Source: Myxococcota bacterium
Lineage (GTDB): Bacteria > Myxococcota > XYA12-FULL-58-9 > JABJBS01
Length of the DNA stretch: 64,000 nt
Direction of reading: 5' to 3'
Assembly: GCA_036339465.1 (NCBI GenBank)
Contig: JAYZAY010000011.1
Coordinates: forward strand, 1-64,000
Shown here piece by piece: positions 29,704-41,499 of the stretch. The notes below the pieces were generated by a model. That model made no database searches, was not told where the DNA came from, and saw only the letters and a program-made list of their open reading frames with translations. Both the position numbers and the translations under genes were made by a program. How positions within the stretch are numbered: position 1 is the first letter of the stretch; every line of letters starts with the position of its first letter.

Positions 29704-30306
29704 GTGAATAATGAAAGAAGAAATGAAATAGATTGTACCGCCTATATCCTCGCTGGGGGGGCGAGTAAGCGAATGGGTGTTGATAAGGGGGCCCTGGAGT
29801 TCGAAGGTCGAATGCTTCTTGAAAGGGCGATCGACCTTGTATCGCCGTTCTCCTCTAAAACTGTTTTGGTGTTGAATGAGGGGGGGAGATACCCAAATCT
29901 GAAATATCCAAAGATTGTAGACTCGGTTGCGGGTATAGGGCCGTTAGGGGCGTTATTGGCTATTTTGGAGCAACTAGAGAGCGAAAAATGGGCTCTGATT
30001 ACCTCATGTGACGTGAAACTACTTAAGACGGCATGGGTGGAGTCTCTATGGGCAGCGCGAACTGCTTCCAGTGAAGCGGTTGTTTTCAAAGGAGACCGGT
30101 GGCAACCCTTTCATGGCATTTATAAGGGCACGTTGTTAAAGGGGGCTACAAACTATCACGAAAGTGGCCGACGTTCGCTTCAAGGACTCTTGGACCAAGT
30201 AAATGTGACCGCCGTACCACTGCCCATTGATTGGTTGGATCCACCTTCCTTTAATAGTCAGGAGGATATTTCGAAGTGGTCAGCCCCCCCGGGTATGCAT
30301 CTCTAA
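29704..30306 (+). CDS. mobA: Molybdenum cofactor guanylyltransferase
   Basis: ILAGGASKRMGVDKG, GPLGAL, SCD, FNS. Confidence 0.9.
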   Translation: MNNERRNEIDCTAYILAGGASKRMGVDKGALEFEGRMLLERAIDLVSPFSSKTVLVLNEGGRYPNLKYPKIVDSVAGIGPLGALLAILEQLESEKWALITSCDVKLLKTAWVESLWAARTASSEAVVFKGDRWQPFHGIYKGTLLKGATNYHESGRRSLQGLLDQVNVTAVPLPIDWLDPPSFNSQEDISKWSAPPGMHL

Positions 30307-31299
30307 ATGGGGGTCTTTTTTGAGGGTGGCCAAAGGGATCAATGAATGCTCGTTTTGTCGGAACCGATTTTCTGCCCCTTTATCGGTTCTTTTTTTCCAG
30401 TGATGCTGAATAAAGGAGATGAATGTCTCTTCATCGATCCTGTTTCTAAGCATTGTTCTGATGGGGATCCCTTTTTCTCCGTAAAGGCAATGATGCCACA
30501 GGCCGTCTGCGGTGATTCGACTGCGGTCACAAGTTCCACAGAACGGTTCGGTCATAGATGGGATGATCCCAAATTTAGTCCCGTCTTTTAATTGAAAACG
30601 GGCAGCAGGGGCATGTCCACGGTCGCCGAGAGTCGTAACGGGACCAAAAAACTCGGTGACCACTGACAGGATATCCTGCTTCGAGAAGACTTTTTCATCT
30701 TTCCACTGTGTGGCCCCCCCAACATCCATATATTCGATGAATCTGATTTCAGCATTGATACTTTGGGCATATTTCAAAAGGGTCGCAATTTCAGAATCAT
30801 TGATACCTCGAATGATTACGGCGTTTATTTTTAGGCCATGTGGGTAGAATTTTAGGGCTTGGCCAATGCTTTTTTCCACTTGTATGAGGTCGTCTCTACC
30901 GTTGAGTTGTCGATAAATTGTGGGTTTGAGCGTGTCTAGACTGATGGTTATTCTATCTAGACCCGAAGCCCAGAGGGCTTCGACTTTTTCCCCCAACAAA
31001 ACCCCATTGGTTGTGAGTGTTATTTCTTCAAGATTGTTAATCGTTTTGAGTTGTCTGATGAGTTCTTCAATGGCTTGTCGGAGCAGGGGTTCCCCGCCCG
31101 TCAAACGTATTCGCGCCACTCCCGCTCTGACGAAGGCGTTCGTCAAGGTCACGAGTTCTTCGAAACTCAAGATATCCTTTTTGGGTAGCCAGCGATAACT
31201 TTCTTCGGGCATGCAATAGCTGCAACGTAGATTACAGCGGTCTGTCAGCGAGAGGCGCAGACTACGAAGTGGCCGATTGTATTGGTCTAAGGAAGGCAT
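30280..31299 (-). CDS. moaA: GTP 3',8-cyclase MoaA
   Basis: LRLSLTDRCNLRCSYCMP, RLTGGEPLLR, RFIEYMD, FCGTCDRSR...C, C-terminal MHTRGG. Confidence 0.97.
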   Translation of the reverse strand: MPSLDQYNRPLRSLRLSLTDRCNLRCSYCMPEESYRWLPKKDILSFEELVTLTNAFVRAGVARIRLTGGEPLLRQAIEELIRQLKTINNLEEITLTTNGVLLGEKVEALWASGLDRITISLDTLKPTIYRQLNGRDDLIQVEKSIGQALKFYPHGLKINAVIIRGINDSEIATLLKYAQSINAEIRFIEYMDVGGATQWKDEKVFSKQDILSVVTEFFGPVTTLGDRGHAPAARFQLKDGTKFGIIPSMTEPFCGTCDRSRITADGLWHHCLYGEKGIPIRTMLRNRIDEETFISFIQHHWKKRTDKGAENRFRQNEHSLIPLATLKKDPHLEMHTRGG

Positions 31300-31502
31300 G
31301 CAAATACTTGGTTAGGGTGGAGTCACCAGCTAGCGGGTTTGATTACCCTTGGCAAGTGATGTAGGGGCGGAAATGATAGGGTTTCATCCTCTCCTCTTGG
31401 GCGTGTCGGCCATGCCCAGACGCTCCTTGAAATGTTTGCTACGATAGGTTTGCTTTTGGAGGGGAATACGGAGTCTCGCTAAATTCTGCTGCGGCTTCAC
31501 GG

Positions 31503-31523
31503 GGGCTCGATGAATTCGGGCCC
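31503..31523 (-). terminator. Hairpin downstream of the CheR-cNMP gene
   Basis: gggctcga-tgaat-tcgggccc inverted repeat 10 nt past the stop codon; no clear U-tract. Confidence 0.35.
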
Positions 31524-31533
31524 GATTGAGATC

Positions 31534-33465
31534 TTAGTTCGCCATTCTCGATTTTACCAGAATCTTAAGTTCTTCGGAGAAGGCAGGATTGTTTTCATAG
31601 AAATATTCGAATAATTTAGGGGTAATCACGAAAACGACCGTTTGTGACTTGACCAGGACAGTCGCACTTGCGGGTTCTTTCATGATGACTGACATTTCGC
31701 CGAAAATATCACCTTCACCAAGGCTAGCAGCTTGGTTCCCGGGGGAGAAAAAAGATTGGCCGGTGGTCACGCTCACCTCCCCTGAATAGATAATGAATAC
31801 CGCAGGACTCTTTTGGCCTTCTTTAATTAGGCAGATCTTTTCGGGAAGTTCGATAAGTCTAATGTAACGCCACAACTGGTCGATGGCTTCGAAGTCCATT
31901 TTTTCAAAGATCCGGTAGGCGCGAATAAATGAAGTGAAAGCTGCCCTAAGTTTTTTATTCAGTTCTACTTCTCGGCAGTTCTCGGGGAGGGTCTTCCAAT
32001 CGATCTCAAATTCCCTGCGTTGTTTGGTATTTCCTTCCGAGGTGAGCAAACCGAGTGTTGGAATGGCCAAGTATCGCTTGTTTTTGAAGGCCTCGTTGTA
32101 TTGTTGTCGTTTCGCGACGAGGGTCCTAATTTGGCTCGCAAATTTTGTGTTTTCTTCATATAGGGCGTCAAATTGGGTGCTGGCAACACAGATTGTCTTG
32201 AGGGGGCTGGTCGCTTTAACGGTGGCTGTGGAGGGGCTCCGTTGAATCAGAGACATTTCACCAAAGAGATCTCCGGAGTGCAAGGTGGCAATCTCTCTAG
32301 GTTTGCGTAAGAGCCCTGAACCGATAATGACCGATGCGGTTCCGCTGATGATGATGTACATGTAGTGATTCGGTTCGCCTTCGTCGATTATAACATCGTG
32401 GCTAGAAAATTCCCCGATGGTTAGACGTTGGCAGAAGTCGTCAACCTGCTCTGCCGTCAATCCGAAGAAGAGATTTGTTTGTCGCACGAATCTCGCGAGA
32501 TGCATATAATCTTCAGTGGAGAGTTCTTGTCCCTGCTCCGCCACAGTGGCCAGTTTCTTGAAGGGCGATATGTTTTTGTCTTCAGTTTGACTTGATTGGC
32601 CTGACCGTTTCTTGCCCGATTTCATCGGCCTGATTTGATAGGATAGGACGGACTTATATTGCACTATTTTTTCGTAAGAGCTTGGCACCTCAATGCTTTC
32701 GCCTGGTCCAAGGATTAAGAAGGCACCGGGCAATGCCACATGCTCGAGTTGGGCGTACAGTCGGTTGCGGGCCTCGTCTGTTAGGAAAATCAAACTTCCT
32801 TTGGCGATGACCAAATGAAGTTTTGGAAGATTGTTCACTGCATCCAGGGGCTTCATGGGGAGGAATTCGATATTGTTTCGGTGTTTGGGATGAACTTCCC
32901 AACCTTGCTCGGTTTCAACGAAGTTATTTTCCAACACAGATTCAGGAAGACCGGCGCGAACTTCAGAGTGGGTAAAATGCCCCTCTTTAGCGATCGTCAT
33001 TTCTGTCTCCGAAATCCGGGAAGCATAGATTTTGTAGGGAATACCTTGAAGTGTGTTCTGACTCATGTCGAGCATGGTAGCCATGGAGTAGACTTCTTGT
33101 CCGTGGCGCGTATCTATAACCCAAATATTGAGTGTTTCTGTTTTAGGATACGTTTGTAATATTTCGGGAATACAGCGGTGACGGATAAACTTAAATGACT
33201 TGAGGCTTCTGAAAAAAACGTGATCTTCTTTCAGTGTATAACGAACGAGTAGCTTTAGCGCTTGATTCGATTTTTCCGTGTCGTCGAAGAGAGTAGTCAC
33301 GACTCTTTCTGGCGTCCAGTCAGCGGTGTCCATACAGAGTTCAGTGAGTTTCTTGATTAAATAAGAATCGTGGGCTTGGGGTAATTCGATCAGTGTTTCT
33401 TTGTAAACACGGGCTCTTAACCGATTTAGAAGTTCACTGTCTGTTAGTAGATCAAAATTCACCAT
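31534..33465 (-). CDS. Degenerate CheR-like methyltransferase domain fused to two cyclic-nucleotide-binding domains
   Basis: CheR-like VFFR, NIWVIDTRHGQEVYSMA, PGAFLILGPGE; two CNB domains (IIDEGE..YIIISG..GDLFGEMSL..ATVKA; IKEGQ..FIIYSG..GDIFGEMSV..ATVLV); likely start ATG 33465. Confidence 0.85.
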   Translation of the reverse strand: MVNFDLLTDSELLNRLRARVYKETLIELPQAHDSYLIKKLTELCMDTADWTPERVVTTLFDDTEKSNQALKLLVRYTLKEDHVFFRSLKSFKFIRHRCIPEILQTYPKTETLNIWVIDTRHGQEVYSMATMLDMSQNTLQGIPYKIYASRISETEMTIAKEGHFTHSEVRAGLPESVLENNFVETEQGWEVHPKHRNNIEFLPMKPLDAVNNLPKLHLVIAKGSLIFLTDEARNRLYAQLEHVALPGAFLILGPGESIEVPSSYEKIVQYKSVLSYQIRPMKSGKKRSGQSSQTEDKNISPFKKLATVAEQGQELSTEDYMHLARFVRQTNLFFGLTAEQVDDFCQRLTIGEFSSHDVIIDEGEPNHYMYIIISGTASVIIGSGLLRKPREIATLHSGDLFGEMSLIQRSPSTATVKATSPLKTICVASTQFDALYEENTKFASQIRTLVAKRQQYNEAFKNKRYLAIPTLGLLTSEGNTKQRREFEIDWKTLPENCREVELNKKLRAAFTSFIRAYRIFEKMDFEAIDQLWRYIRLIELPEKICLIKEGQKSPAVFIIYSGEVSVTTGQSFFSPGNQAASLGEGDIFGEMSVIMKEPASATVLVKSQTVVFVITPKLFEYFYENNPAFSEELKILVKSRMAN

Positions 33466-34037
33466 TCCATAGTAGCACATCCTATGGTGACAGGAAGAAT
33501 TTGGTGTTCGGAGAAAATAAAGTAACGGAATTGTAGCCACTTAGGCTGGTTTTTACGGCATCCGTGGAGTGGGGATACCTGCCTTGCTCGGATGGTAACC
33601 TTGGGGGCGCATTGGAATTCCCCCTATGAGACTGTGGTTGCCTACATTGTGGGATGACGCCTACGTCAACCAAAAGATGTTTTTATCTCCATGCTTAAAC
33701 CCAGAAGTACATGATAACTCACCGCGTCTAAATTTGAGATGCCATAAGAAACAGAGCTACCGTTGGGGTTCTCTAGCTTCCGAATATTTTCGGTTTTCCT
33801 CATTTGTTTCTGTAATGATTTTAGGGCCTATGAATGAATCAAAAGAAAAATGGGGCTGCTCGCCTGGGACAAGAGTCCCAAAATCCGAGGTACCGATTCC
33901 TAAGGGTATAGGGCATATTTCTTAGGGCCAGGGCCATTTCCTCGGAAGCGTTGCACAGGGAGAACCAAATTATCGTTTTGGCATTTGATAAAGACTTTGC
34001 AGTCATGATAGGGGCGGTGCCCCTTTTGAGCTGGTGA

Positions 34038-35510
<1,473 letters not shown>

Positions 35511-35689
35511 TCGCAAAATGGATATTTCCTATTCTAAAACTAAAATGTGTTAACAATGGCTAGAGCCTGAAATACCTGATCAGGTTCGCCAGGAATTGGG
35601 CAAGTTAAATGAAGTCAGAGTTCTCTTTTGGGGAATCTGATTGCTATTGTTGCATTGCTGTGCCTGGATGAACCCAGGGAGGAACAACG

Positions 35690-37144
35690 ATGAGTGAAAG
35701 ACGTCTTAATAATTTCGCGAACGGAGAATGGCGGGTCGTCGATGCGGAGCGTTGGCAGAGGGTTTGTAATCCGGCCACAGGAGAGGAATTAGCACAGGTT
35801 CCATTTTCGTCGAAGAAAGAAGTGGATTCGGTGATTGAGACCGCTCATGTTGCGTTTGAGGATTGGAGGATGGTTCCTCCCGTTGAGCGTGCACGCTATC
35901 TATTTAAATATAAATCGCTGCTCGACACATACAAAGAAGATCTTGCTCAGATAGTAACCAAAGAGCATGGGAAAACCCTTGCTGAATCCCGAGGCAGTGT
36001 ACGCCGAGGCATCGAGAATGTAGAACATGCCTGTGGTCTGCCGGCCTTGTTGATGGGGGAAAGCCTTCAAGACGTCGCCCGTGGCATTGATACCCAAAGC
36101 CTACGTCAGCCCCTGGGGGTTTTTGCGGGCATCACACCTTTCAATTTTCCTGCCATGGTTCCTCTTTGGTTTTGGCCTTATGCGTTAGCAAGTGGCAACA
36201 CCTACATCGTCAAGCCTTCTGAGCAAGTACCTCTTACCCAGCAGTTGCAATTTGAGCTGATTGAAAAAGCGGGTTTTCCCAAGGGCGTCATCAATATGGT
36301 TCATGGTGGTCGTGAGGCCAGTGAAGCACTCATCGATCATCCTCTTGTCAAAGGGATCTCTTTTGTTGGTTCCACACGGGTGGCCCAAGCTGTTTATGAA
36401 CGCGCTGCGGGTCTTGGTAAGAGAGTACAGGCCCTCGGTGGTGCTAAGAATCATGTTATTGTGATGCCAGATGCAGTGGTCGAGCCCACGGTCGATGCGG
36501 TGATCGAGAGCGCTTATGGCTGCGCCGGTCAACGTTGTTTGGCTGCCAGTGTGGCTGTGCTGGTCGGTGATGCCTACGATATTTTTCGAGACAAGCTCGT
36601 TGAACGCGCTGCCAGTTTAAAGATGGGCAATGGCACAGAAGAGGGTGTGGAGCTCGGGCCTGTGATTGGCGTTGGAGCGCAGGATCGTATCCTGTCGATG
36701 ATCGAGGCAGGTGTGCAAGAAGGCGCTGAGTTGGTGCTCGATGGCCGTAACCAGAAAGTTGCGGGTTGCGACGGGGGAACTTGGGTTGGAGCGACCCTCT
36801 TTGACAAAGTGACCCCCGACATGTCTATCGCTAAGGAAGAGGTTTTTGGGCCGGTATTAGCGCTATCTCGAGCAGATACCCTCAAAGAGGCCATCGAACG
36901 AATCAAAGACAGCCGATACGCAAATGCCACGTCTATTTTTACCAGTAGCGGTAAGGCCGCTCGCACGTTTCAGCACGAGGCTGGCGTGAGTATGATGGGT
37001 GTTAATATCGGTGTTGCAGCACCGATGGCGTTCTTTCCATTTGGTGGAACAAAGTCGAGTTTTTTCGGAGATGTTAAAGCCCACGGTCGGGACTCTGTTC
37101 GGTTCTTTACGGATGCAAAAGTAGTCATCTCTCGTTGGTTCTAA
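35690..37144 (+). CDS. mmsA: CoA-acylating (methyl)malonate-semialdehyde dehydrogenase
   Basis: ITPFNFP, SFVGST, RVQALGGAKNH, GCAGQRCLA, EEVFGP, GVNIGVAAPMAFFPFGG. Confidence 0.93.
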   Translation: MSERRLNNFANGEWRVVDAERWQRVCNPATGEELAQVPFSSKKEVDSVIETAHVAFEDWRMVPPVERARYLFKYKSLLDTYKEDLAQIVTKEHGKTLAESRGSVRRGIENVEHACGLPALLMGESLQDVARGIDTQSLRQPLGVFAGITPFNFPAMVPLWFWPYALASGNTYIVKPSEQVPLTQQLQFELIEKAGFPKGVINMVHGGREASEALIDHPLVKGISFVGSTRVAQAVYERAAGLGKRVQALGGAKNHVIVMPDAVVEPTVDAVIESAYGCAGQRCLAASVAVLVGDAYDIFRDKLVERAASLKMGNGTEEGVELGPVIGVGAQDRILSMIEAGVQEGAELVLDGRNQKVAGCDGGTWVGATLFDKVTPDMSIAKEEVFGPVLALSRADTLKEAIERIKDSRYANATSIFTSSGKAARTFQHEAGVSMMGVNIGVAAPMAFFPFGGTKSSFFGDVKAHGRDSVRFFTDAKVVISRWF

Positions 37145-37155
37145 AGGAGGAAGCA

Positions 37156-38028
37156 ATGCCTAGAGTAGTAAAAGCAGGTTTAATTCAAATGAGTAACCCC
37201 ATCAACGACGACTCTGCACGTGTTGAAGATGTTCGGGATGCTATGGTTAAGAAACATATTCCGCTGATTGAAAAGGCAGGTCAGGAAGGTGTGCAGATCC
37301 TTTGTCTTCAGGAAATGTTTAATGGACCTTATTTCTGCCCAAGCCAAGATGCGAAATGGTGTGATATTGCGGAAGCGGTGCCAGGGCCCACCGTTGAAGC
37401 TCTCTCTGTCTATGCAAAGAGATATGAGATGGTTCTGATTGTTCCTATTTATGAACGAGAAATGCCCGGTGTCTATTACAATACCGCAGCTGTTATTGAT
37501 GCTGATGGCTCGTATCTTGGTAAATACAGAAAAAACCATATTCCTCATACCTCTGGTTTTTGGGAAAAGTTCTTCTTTAAGCCAGGGAATCTTGGCTATC
37601 CCGTTTTTGAAACGAGATATGCGAAAGTGGGTGTTTATATCTGTTACGATCGGCACTTTCCGGAAGGAGCGCGCCTCTTAGGCCTCAATGGCGCTGAGGT
37701 TGTTTTTAATCCATCTGCGACTGTGGCGGGTTTGTCCCAATATCTTTGGAAGTTGGAACAGCCAGCCCATGCGGTCGCCAACGGCTATTTTATGGGATGC
37801 ATCAACCGTGTTGGTACCGAGGCACCTTGGAACATTGGCCAATTTTATGGTTCCAGCTATTTTGTTGATCCTAGAGGTGAATTCTTGGCCGAAGGTTCTT
37901 TGGAGAACGATGAGCTGGTGACTGCTGAACTCGATCTGGACCAACTGGAAGAAGTACGTAGAGTATGGCAATTTTATCGTGATCGCCGCCCGGAGTCCTA
38001 TGATGCGATGACTCAACAATTGCCTTAA
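37156..38028 (+). CDS. Nitrilase-fold beta-ureidopropionase (N-carbamoyl-beta-alanine amidohydrolase)
   Basis: E-K-C triad: CLQEMF, YRKNHIP, ICYDRHFPE; FYRDRRP; AGGAGG RBS; operon context. Confidence 0.88.
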   Translation: MPRVVKAGLIQMSNPINDDSARVEDVRDAMVKKHIPLIEKAGQEGVQILCLQEMFNGPYFCPSQDAKWCDIAEAVPGPTVEALSVYAKRYEMVLIVPIYEREMPGVYYNTAAVIDADGSYLGKYRKNHIPHTSGFWEKFFFKPGNLGYPVFETRYAKVGVYICYDRHFPEGARLLGLNGAEVVFNPSATVAGLSQYLWKLEQPAHAVANGYFMGCINRVGTEAPWNIGQFYGSSYFVDPRGEFLAEGSLENDELVTAELDLDQLEEVRRVWQFYRDRRPESYDAMTQQLP

Positions 38029-38100
38029 ATTCCAAAGTGTTTTGACGAATCTTGATTTTTCTTGAGCTTATCCCTTCGGGATATTTTGGAGATTTTTGTA

Positions 38101-39396
38101 ATGAGCATGGATGATGTTCGAAAAGGTCACGATGAGTTTCTATTTCCGTGCGTGGCAAATTACTATGAAGAGCCGCTGGTTTTAACGGAGGCTAAGGGAA
38201 GCTGGGCCAAAGACAGTCAAGGAGAGCAATATCTCGATTTCTTCGGGGGTATCCTCACGGTTTCTTTAGGCCACTGTCAGGACGAAATTACCGAAGCTGT
38301 TACCAAACAGATGCAAACTTTGGGACATGTTTCGACCCTTTATCAAACCAGTCCGATGGTGGACGTCGCGCGGCATTTGGCAGAATTGACACCAGGGCCG
38401 CTGAAAAAATCCTTCTTTACCAACTCTGGGACCGAGGCGGATGAAACTGCGGTTTTATTGGCGCGGATTCACACCGGCAATCAGGAAATTATCGCGCTTC
38501 GTCATGGCTATCATGGGCGTTCTAATTTATCGATGAATTTAACGGGCCATAGCTCCTGGCGGGCCAGTGGTAGTACGGTGCCAGGAATCAAGCATGCCCA
38601 TGCCCCCTACTGTTATCGTTGCCCATTTGGCGCGAAGTTCCCCAGTTGTGGTATCAAATGCGCCCAAGACCTAGAGGAATTGATTCAAACCGAGACAAGT
38701 GGCAAAGTCGCAGCTTTATTGGCTGAACCAATTTTGGGGCTCGGTGGCTATATTGAGCCACCCAAGGAATATTTTGAAGTGGCGGTCGGTATTGTCCGGA
38801 ACTACGGCGGTGTCTTTATCTGTGATGAAGTTCAAACGGGTTTTGGGCGGACTGGGGAACATTGGTTTGGGATTGAGCACCATGGTGTCGAACCCGAAAT
38901 TATGACCATGGCCAAAGGCATCGCGAACGGGATGCCCGCGGGGGTCACAGTGGCCACCGATGAAGTCGCCAATAGCTTTAGTGGAAAATCAACTTGCACC
39001 TTCGGTGGTAACCCCGTCTCTATGGCGGCTACGAACGCAACCCTATCGGTGATGGTGCGGGAAAATATTCCGAACCGAGCCTCGATCCTCGGCGCAACCC
39101 TACGGGGCTATCTCATGGAAATGAAGGAAAAATACGGATTGGTAGGCGATGTGCGGGGCAAGGGCCTAATGCAAGGAATCGAGCTCGTTAAGGATAGAAA
39201 GAGTAAGGAACCAGCGGTTGAGGCAACCACTCGGCTGATGGAAGTGAGCAAGAAAGAGAAGCTCCTGATAGGTCGAGGCGGGCTTTATGGAAATGTGATC
39301 CGTCTTGCCCCACCTATGCTGATTGAGGAAGAGGAACTAATCGAGGGATGCCGTCGACTTGACAGGGCTCTTTCGGAGGTTTGTGGAAATGAGTGA
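38101..39396 (+). CDS. Class III aminotransferase (AGXT2-like; probable beta-alanine/beta-aminoisobutyrate transaminase)
   Basis: YLDFFGG, NSGTEA, YHG, DEVQTGFGRTG, MAKGIANG (PLP Lys), TFGGNP. Confidence 0.9.
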   Translation: MSMDDVRKGHDEFLFPCVANYYEEPLVLTEAKGSWAKDSQGEQYLDFFGGILTVSLGHCQDEITEAVTKQMQTLGHVSTLYQTSPMVDVARHLAELTPGPLKKSFFTNSGTEADETAVLLARIHTGNQEIIALRHGYHGRSNLSMNLTGHSSWRASGSTVPGIKHAHAPYCYRCPFGAKFPSCGIKCAQDLEELIQTETSGKVAALLAEPILGLGGYIEPPKEYFEVAVGIVRNYGGVFICDEVQTGFGRTGEHWFGIEHHGVEPEIMTMAKGIANGMPAGVTVATDEVANSFSGKSTCTFGGNPVSMAATNATLSVMVRENIPNRASILGATLRGYLMEMKEKYGLVGDVRGKGLMQGIELVKDRKSKEPAVEATTRLMEVSKKEKLLIGRGGLYGNVIRLAPPMLIEEEELIEGCRRLDRALSEVCGNE

Positions 39397-40858
39397 AGAG
39401 CGTTTAAGTAATCCTGATTTGGAGCCAACCACAGAGGCTGACCGAACTTGGGACCGGTGGCATATTGCTGCCCTATGGGTAGGTATGGCCGTTTGTATTC
39501 CCACCTACACCTTGGCAAGTGGCATGGTCAGCCAAGGATGGTCTTGGAAGAGTGCGGTGTTGGCGGTGGCACTGGGGAACTTGATTGTGTTATTTCCTAT
39601 GCTTTTAAATGCCCATGCAGGCGCGAAGTATGGGATCCCATTTCCAATCCTTCTGCGTTCGTCATTCGGTATTCTGGGTTCGAATATTCCGGCGATGATG
39701 CGTGCATTTGTTGCGTGTGGCTGGTTTGGTATTCAAACTTGGATCGGAGGCAGCGCGCTCTATCGTCTTTGGCTCAGTCTATTTCCAAATAGTCCGAGTT
39801 TACCGGAACTTGTTCCGGCCTGGTTTGGGATTAATACAGGAGAGTTTCTTGCTTTTGTGGCATTTTGGCTTCTCAATGTGGCTGTGATTGCGAAGGGCAT
39901 GGATTCCCTCAAAAAATTAGAGGTGTGGGCGGCTCCCTTTCTTCTTCTCTGTGGCGCGGGCTTACTCGCTTGGGCGTGGAGCAACCTTGGTAGTTGGACT
40001 GAATTACTTGCGGAAAGGGGAGAGATCACACGTGATACGTCGAGTGCTTTGTTAGGTGCGGGGCTTACGAGTGGTGTTGCTTTCTGGGGAACTTTGGCTT
40101 TGAATATTCCAGACTTCGCCCGTTATGCGAAAAATCAAAAGGAACAAATCGTAGGGCAGGCCTTAGGTTTGGTTCCCACTATGACTGCCTTTGCCTGGAT
40201 TGGTGCAGTGGTCACCAATGCTACCGTTGTTATTTTGGGAACCAAGGTCTCAGACCCCGTTGCTTTGGTTTCTCAGCTTGGGGGGCCCTTCCTGACGGTC
40301 CTAGCGATGGTTGGCTTAATTATTGCGACCCTCAGTACCAATTTGGCGGCAAATGTTGTCTCGCCAGCCAATGACTTTTCAAATTTAGCGCCCAAGAAAA
40401 TATCGTTTAAGACAGGAGCGCTGATTGCTGCCACGGTGGGTATGGTGATGATGCCGTGGAAGCTTTACATTGATGGTGCCAATTATCTTTTTACATGGCT
40501 CATTGGCTATGGGGGAATGCTTGGCGCCGTTGCCGGCATTATGCTCACGGATTATTATCTCATCCGGAAATGTAGTCTCAATGTTGATGCGCTCTATGTT
40601 AGGGGGAGTGAGTATGAGTATTCCAATGGGTTCAATTGGATTGCGGTTTTGGCGCTGTGCTTGGGTATTTCTGTGAATCTACCTGGTTTTTTGGGGGCTT
40701 TGGGCGTTATTGAAGTTGGGGATTTCGCGCGAGCTATCTATGAGAGAGCGTGGTTTGCAGGGGTCTTCATTTCTGCCTTCACCTATTGGGCGGGTATGAA
40801 ATTTCTTCTACCGGCGCCATTGTTTAATCGGGACGTGTCCATCTCAAATGCGGACTAG
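39389..40858 (+). CDS. NCS1-family nucleobase:cation symporter
   Basis: DRTW...LWVGM, GAKYGIPFP..LRSSFG, GWFGIQTWIGG, LNIPDFARY, NLAANVVSPANDF; ATG overlaps upstream gene end. Confidence 0.95.
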   Translation: MSEERLSNPDLEPTTEADRTWDRWHIAALWVGMAVCIPTYTLASGMVSQGWSWKSAVLAVALGNLIVLFPMLLNAHAGAKYGIPFPILLRSSFGILGSNIPAMMRAFVACGWFGIQTWIGGSALYRLWLSLFPNSPSLPELVPAWFGINTGEFLAFVAFWLLNVAVIAKGMDSLKKLEVWAAPFLLLCGAGLLAWAWSNLGSWTELLAERGEITRDTSSALLGAGLTSGVAFWGTLALNIPDFARYAKNQKEQIVGQALGLVPTMTAFAWIGAVVTNATVVILGTKVSDPVALVSQLGGPFLTVLAMVGLIIATLSTNLAANVVSPANDFSNLAPKKISFKTGALIAATVGMVMMPWKLYIDGANYLFTWLIGYGGMLGAVAGIMLTDYYLIRKCSLNVDALYVRGSEYEYSNGFNWIAVLALCLGISVNLPGFLGALGVIEVGDFARAIYERAWFAGVFISAFTYWAGMKFLLPAPLFNRDVSISNAD

Positions 40859-40863
40859 CTGAT

Positions 40864-41325
40864 TTATCCGCCCATCATGGTGATAATATCCCATTCTTGC
40901 ATGGAAATAGGCATGACTGAGAGCCGGTTTCCTTTCTTGAGGAGGGCCATTTCTCGGAGTTTTGGTGTATTTCTGAGTTGGTCTCTATCAATGGGATGCG
41001 GGAACTTTCGTACAAACTGAATCTCTATGGCTATCCACCGGGGTGAATCGATCGTTGCTTTAGGATCGAAGTAGGCAGAACTGGCCTCGAATTGACTGGG
41101 ATCTGGATAAGATTCACGGGTTACTTTGGCCTGACCGACAATGCGCATCGGGTTGGTGCTTGAATGATAAACCAAGATACCATCATGGAGTTTAATCTGA
41201 TCTCTCATGAAATTACGTGCCTGGTAATTTCGAACGCCGTCCCAACAAGTTGTCTTATTCGGACAATGCAAGAGATCATCAATGGAGAACACTTCGGGTT
41301 CAGTTTTAACGAGCCAGTAATTCAT
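40864..41325 (-). CDS. EVE domain protein
   Basis: MNYWLVKTEPEVFSIDDL, WDGVRNYQARNFMR, YHSS, RLSVMP. Confidence 0.95.
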   Translation of the reverse strand: MNYWLVKTEPEVFSIDDLLHCPNKTTCWDGVRNYQARNFMRDQIKLHDGILVYHSSTNPMRIVGQAKVTRESYPDPSQFEASSAYFDPKATIDSPRWIAIEIQFVRKFPHPIDRDQLRNTPKLREMALLKKGNRLSVMPISMQEWDIITMMGG

Positions 41326-41423
41326 TACAGCCCCTATAACTCAAACAAAGACAATGGGTATCTTTAAAACAAGGATGCAGCTAAACAGGCGCTGAGGGCC
41401 GAACGTCCCTCTACAATTTCCAA

Positions 41424-41499
41424 TGGTGGAGCCGATCGGGATCGAACCGACGACCTTCTGAATGCCATTCAGACGCTCTCCCAACTGAGCTACGGCCCC
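41424..41499 (-). tRNA. tRNA-Ala (GGC)
   Basis: Reverse complement GGGGCCGTAGCTCAGTTGGGAGAGCGTCTGAATGGCATTCAGAAGGTCGTCGGTTCGATCCCGATCGGCTCCACCA: 76 nt, encoded CCA. Confidence 0.97.

Noticed and set aside
31300..31533. Possible Moco riboswitch upstream of moaA (hairpins tgggcgtg/catgccca and gggctcga/tcgggccc)
   Set aside because: Could not find the conserved Moco-RNA elements by eye; the hairpins are explicable as terminator or stability elements. An Rfam scan would settle it.
33626..33925. 99-aa ORF in the region upstream of hydA
   Set aside because: Atypical composition, no RBS or motif; more likely promoter DNA
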